From: Felis catus
Lineage: Eukaryota
Length of the DNA stretch: 64,000 bases
Assembly: GCF_018350175.1 (NCBI RefSeq)
Contig: NC_058368.1
Location: 220,412,001 to 220,476,000, forward strand
Direction: 5' to 3'
Shown here in pieces: positions 63,663 through 64,000 of this stretch (its first letter is position 1; each line of letters begins with the position of its first letter). The notes below the pieces were generated by a model that worked only from the letters and a program-made list of their open reading frames with translations, did no database searches and was not told the origin of the DNA. Both the position numbers and the translations under genes were made by a program.

Positions 63663-64000
63663 GAATTTATTACAACATGGAATAATTGTTTTAGTAACCA
63701 TAATGTAGTTTTGTTTGTGAAAACTCTATATTCAAGATCACACTTTGCCTTGAGTAACTAGCTGTGTTGTAGTAGTAGTTGTTCAACTACTTTATAAAAT
63801 ACATATGAGAATATCACACAATTAACTTCTAGTGTTGTATTTCAGGAACAATTGACCCAATTTGATGTTATGGACAGAGTAAGCTCTGTCATAGCCAAGC
63901 CGTGTTAGGTTTCATAGCTTAATTGATCTCTCTGTGCATCGTTTAGAGCTTATAGAATATAATGGGTTATTATGAGAATTAAAAGAGATAATACGTGTCA

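Noticed and set aside
1..64000. CRISPR array, prokaryotic operon, rRNA, numt or non-retroviral viral insertion
   Set aside because: No regularly spaced repeat-spacer array, no gene-dense segment, and nothing recognisable as mitochondrial or viral beyond the ERV fossils; very decayed inserts cannot be excluded without a search

Overview
AT-rich, CpG-depleted mammalian genomic DNA from a feliform carnivore, most likely a cat. The evidence is 19 tRNA-derived CAN-SINEs, including a well-preserved SINEC_Fc-type copy at 51216, plus a feline-type L1. No prokaryotic features (CRISPR, operons, rRNA) are present. Repeats dominate: a 5.2-kb L1 with intact 5' end, poly(A) and target-site duplication (TSD) but an internal deletion; an ERVL provirus fossil with gag/protease/RT remnants (HYIDD); an LTR-env-LTR ERV1 fossil with a readable TM subunit; solo LTRs; MaLR/MLT LTRs; MER DNA transposons; L2/MIR relics; and microsatellites. 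The only candidate host coding sequence is a phase-compatible pair of small + strand exons (8586-8639 and 13841-13868) that splice to ...DLYGFIALRTFHLFEYQPYDDSEFLN*. I could not identify the gene. Repeat family names come from recalled consensus sequences, not a database search, and old-repeat boundaries are approximate. I found no convincing evidence of a novel biological system. The best leads are the exon pair and the env-only provirus.
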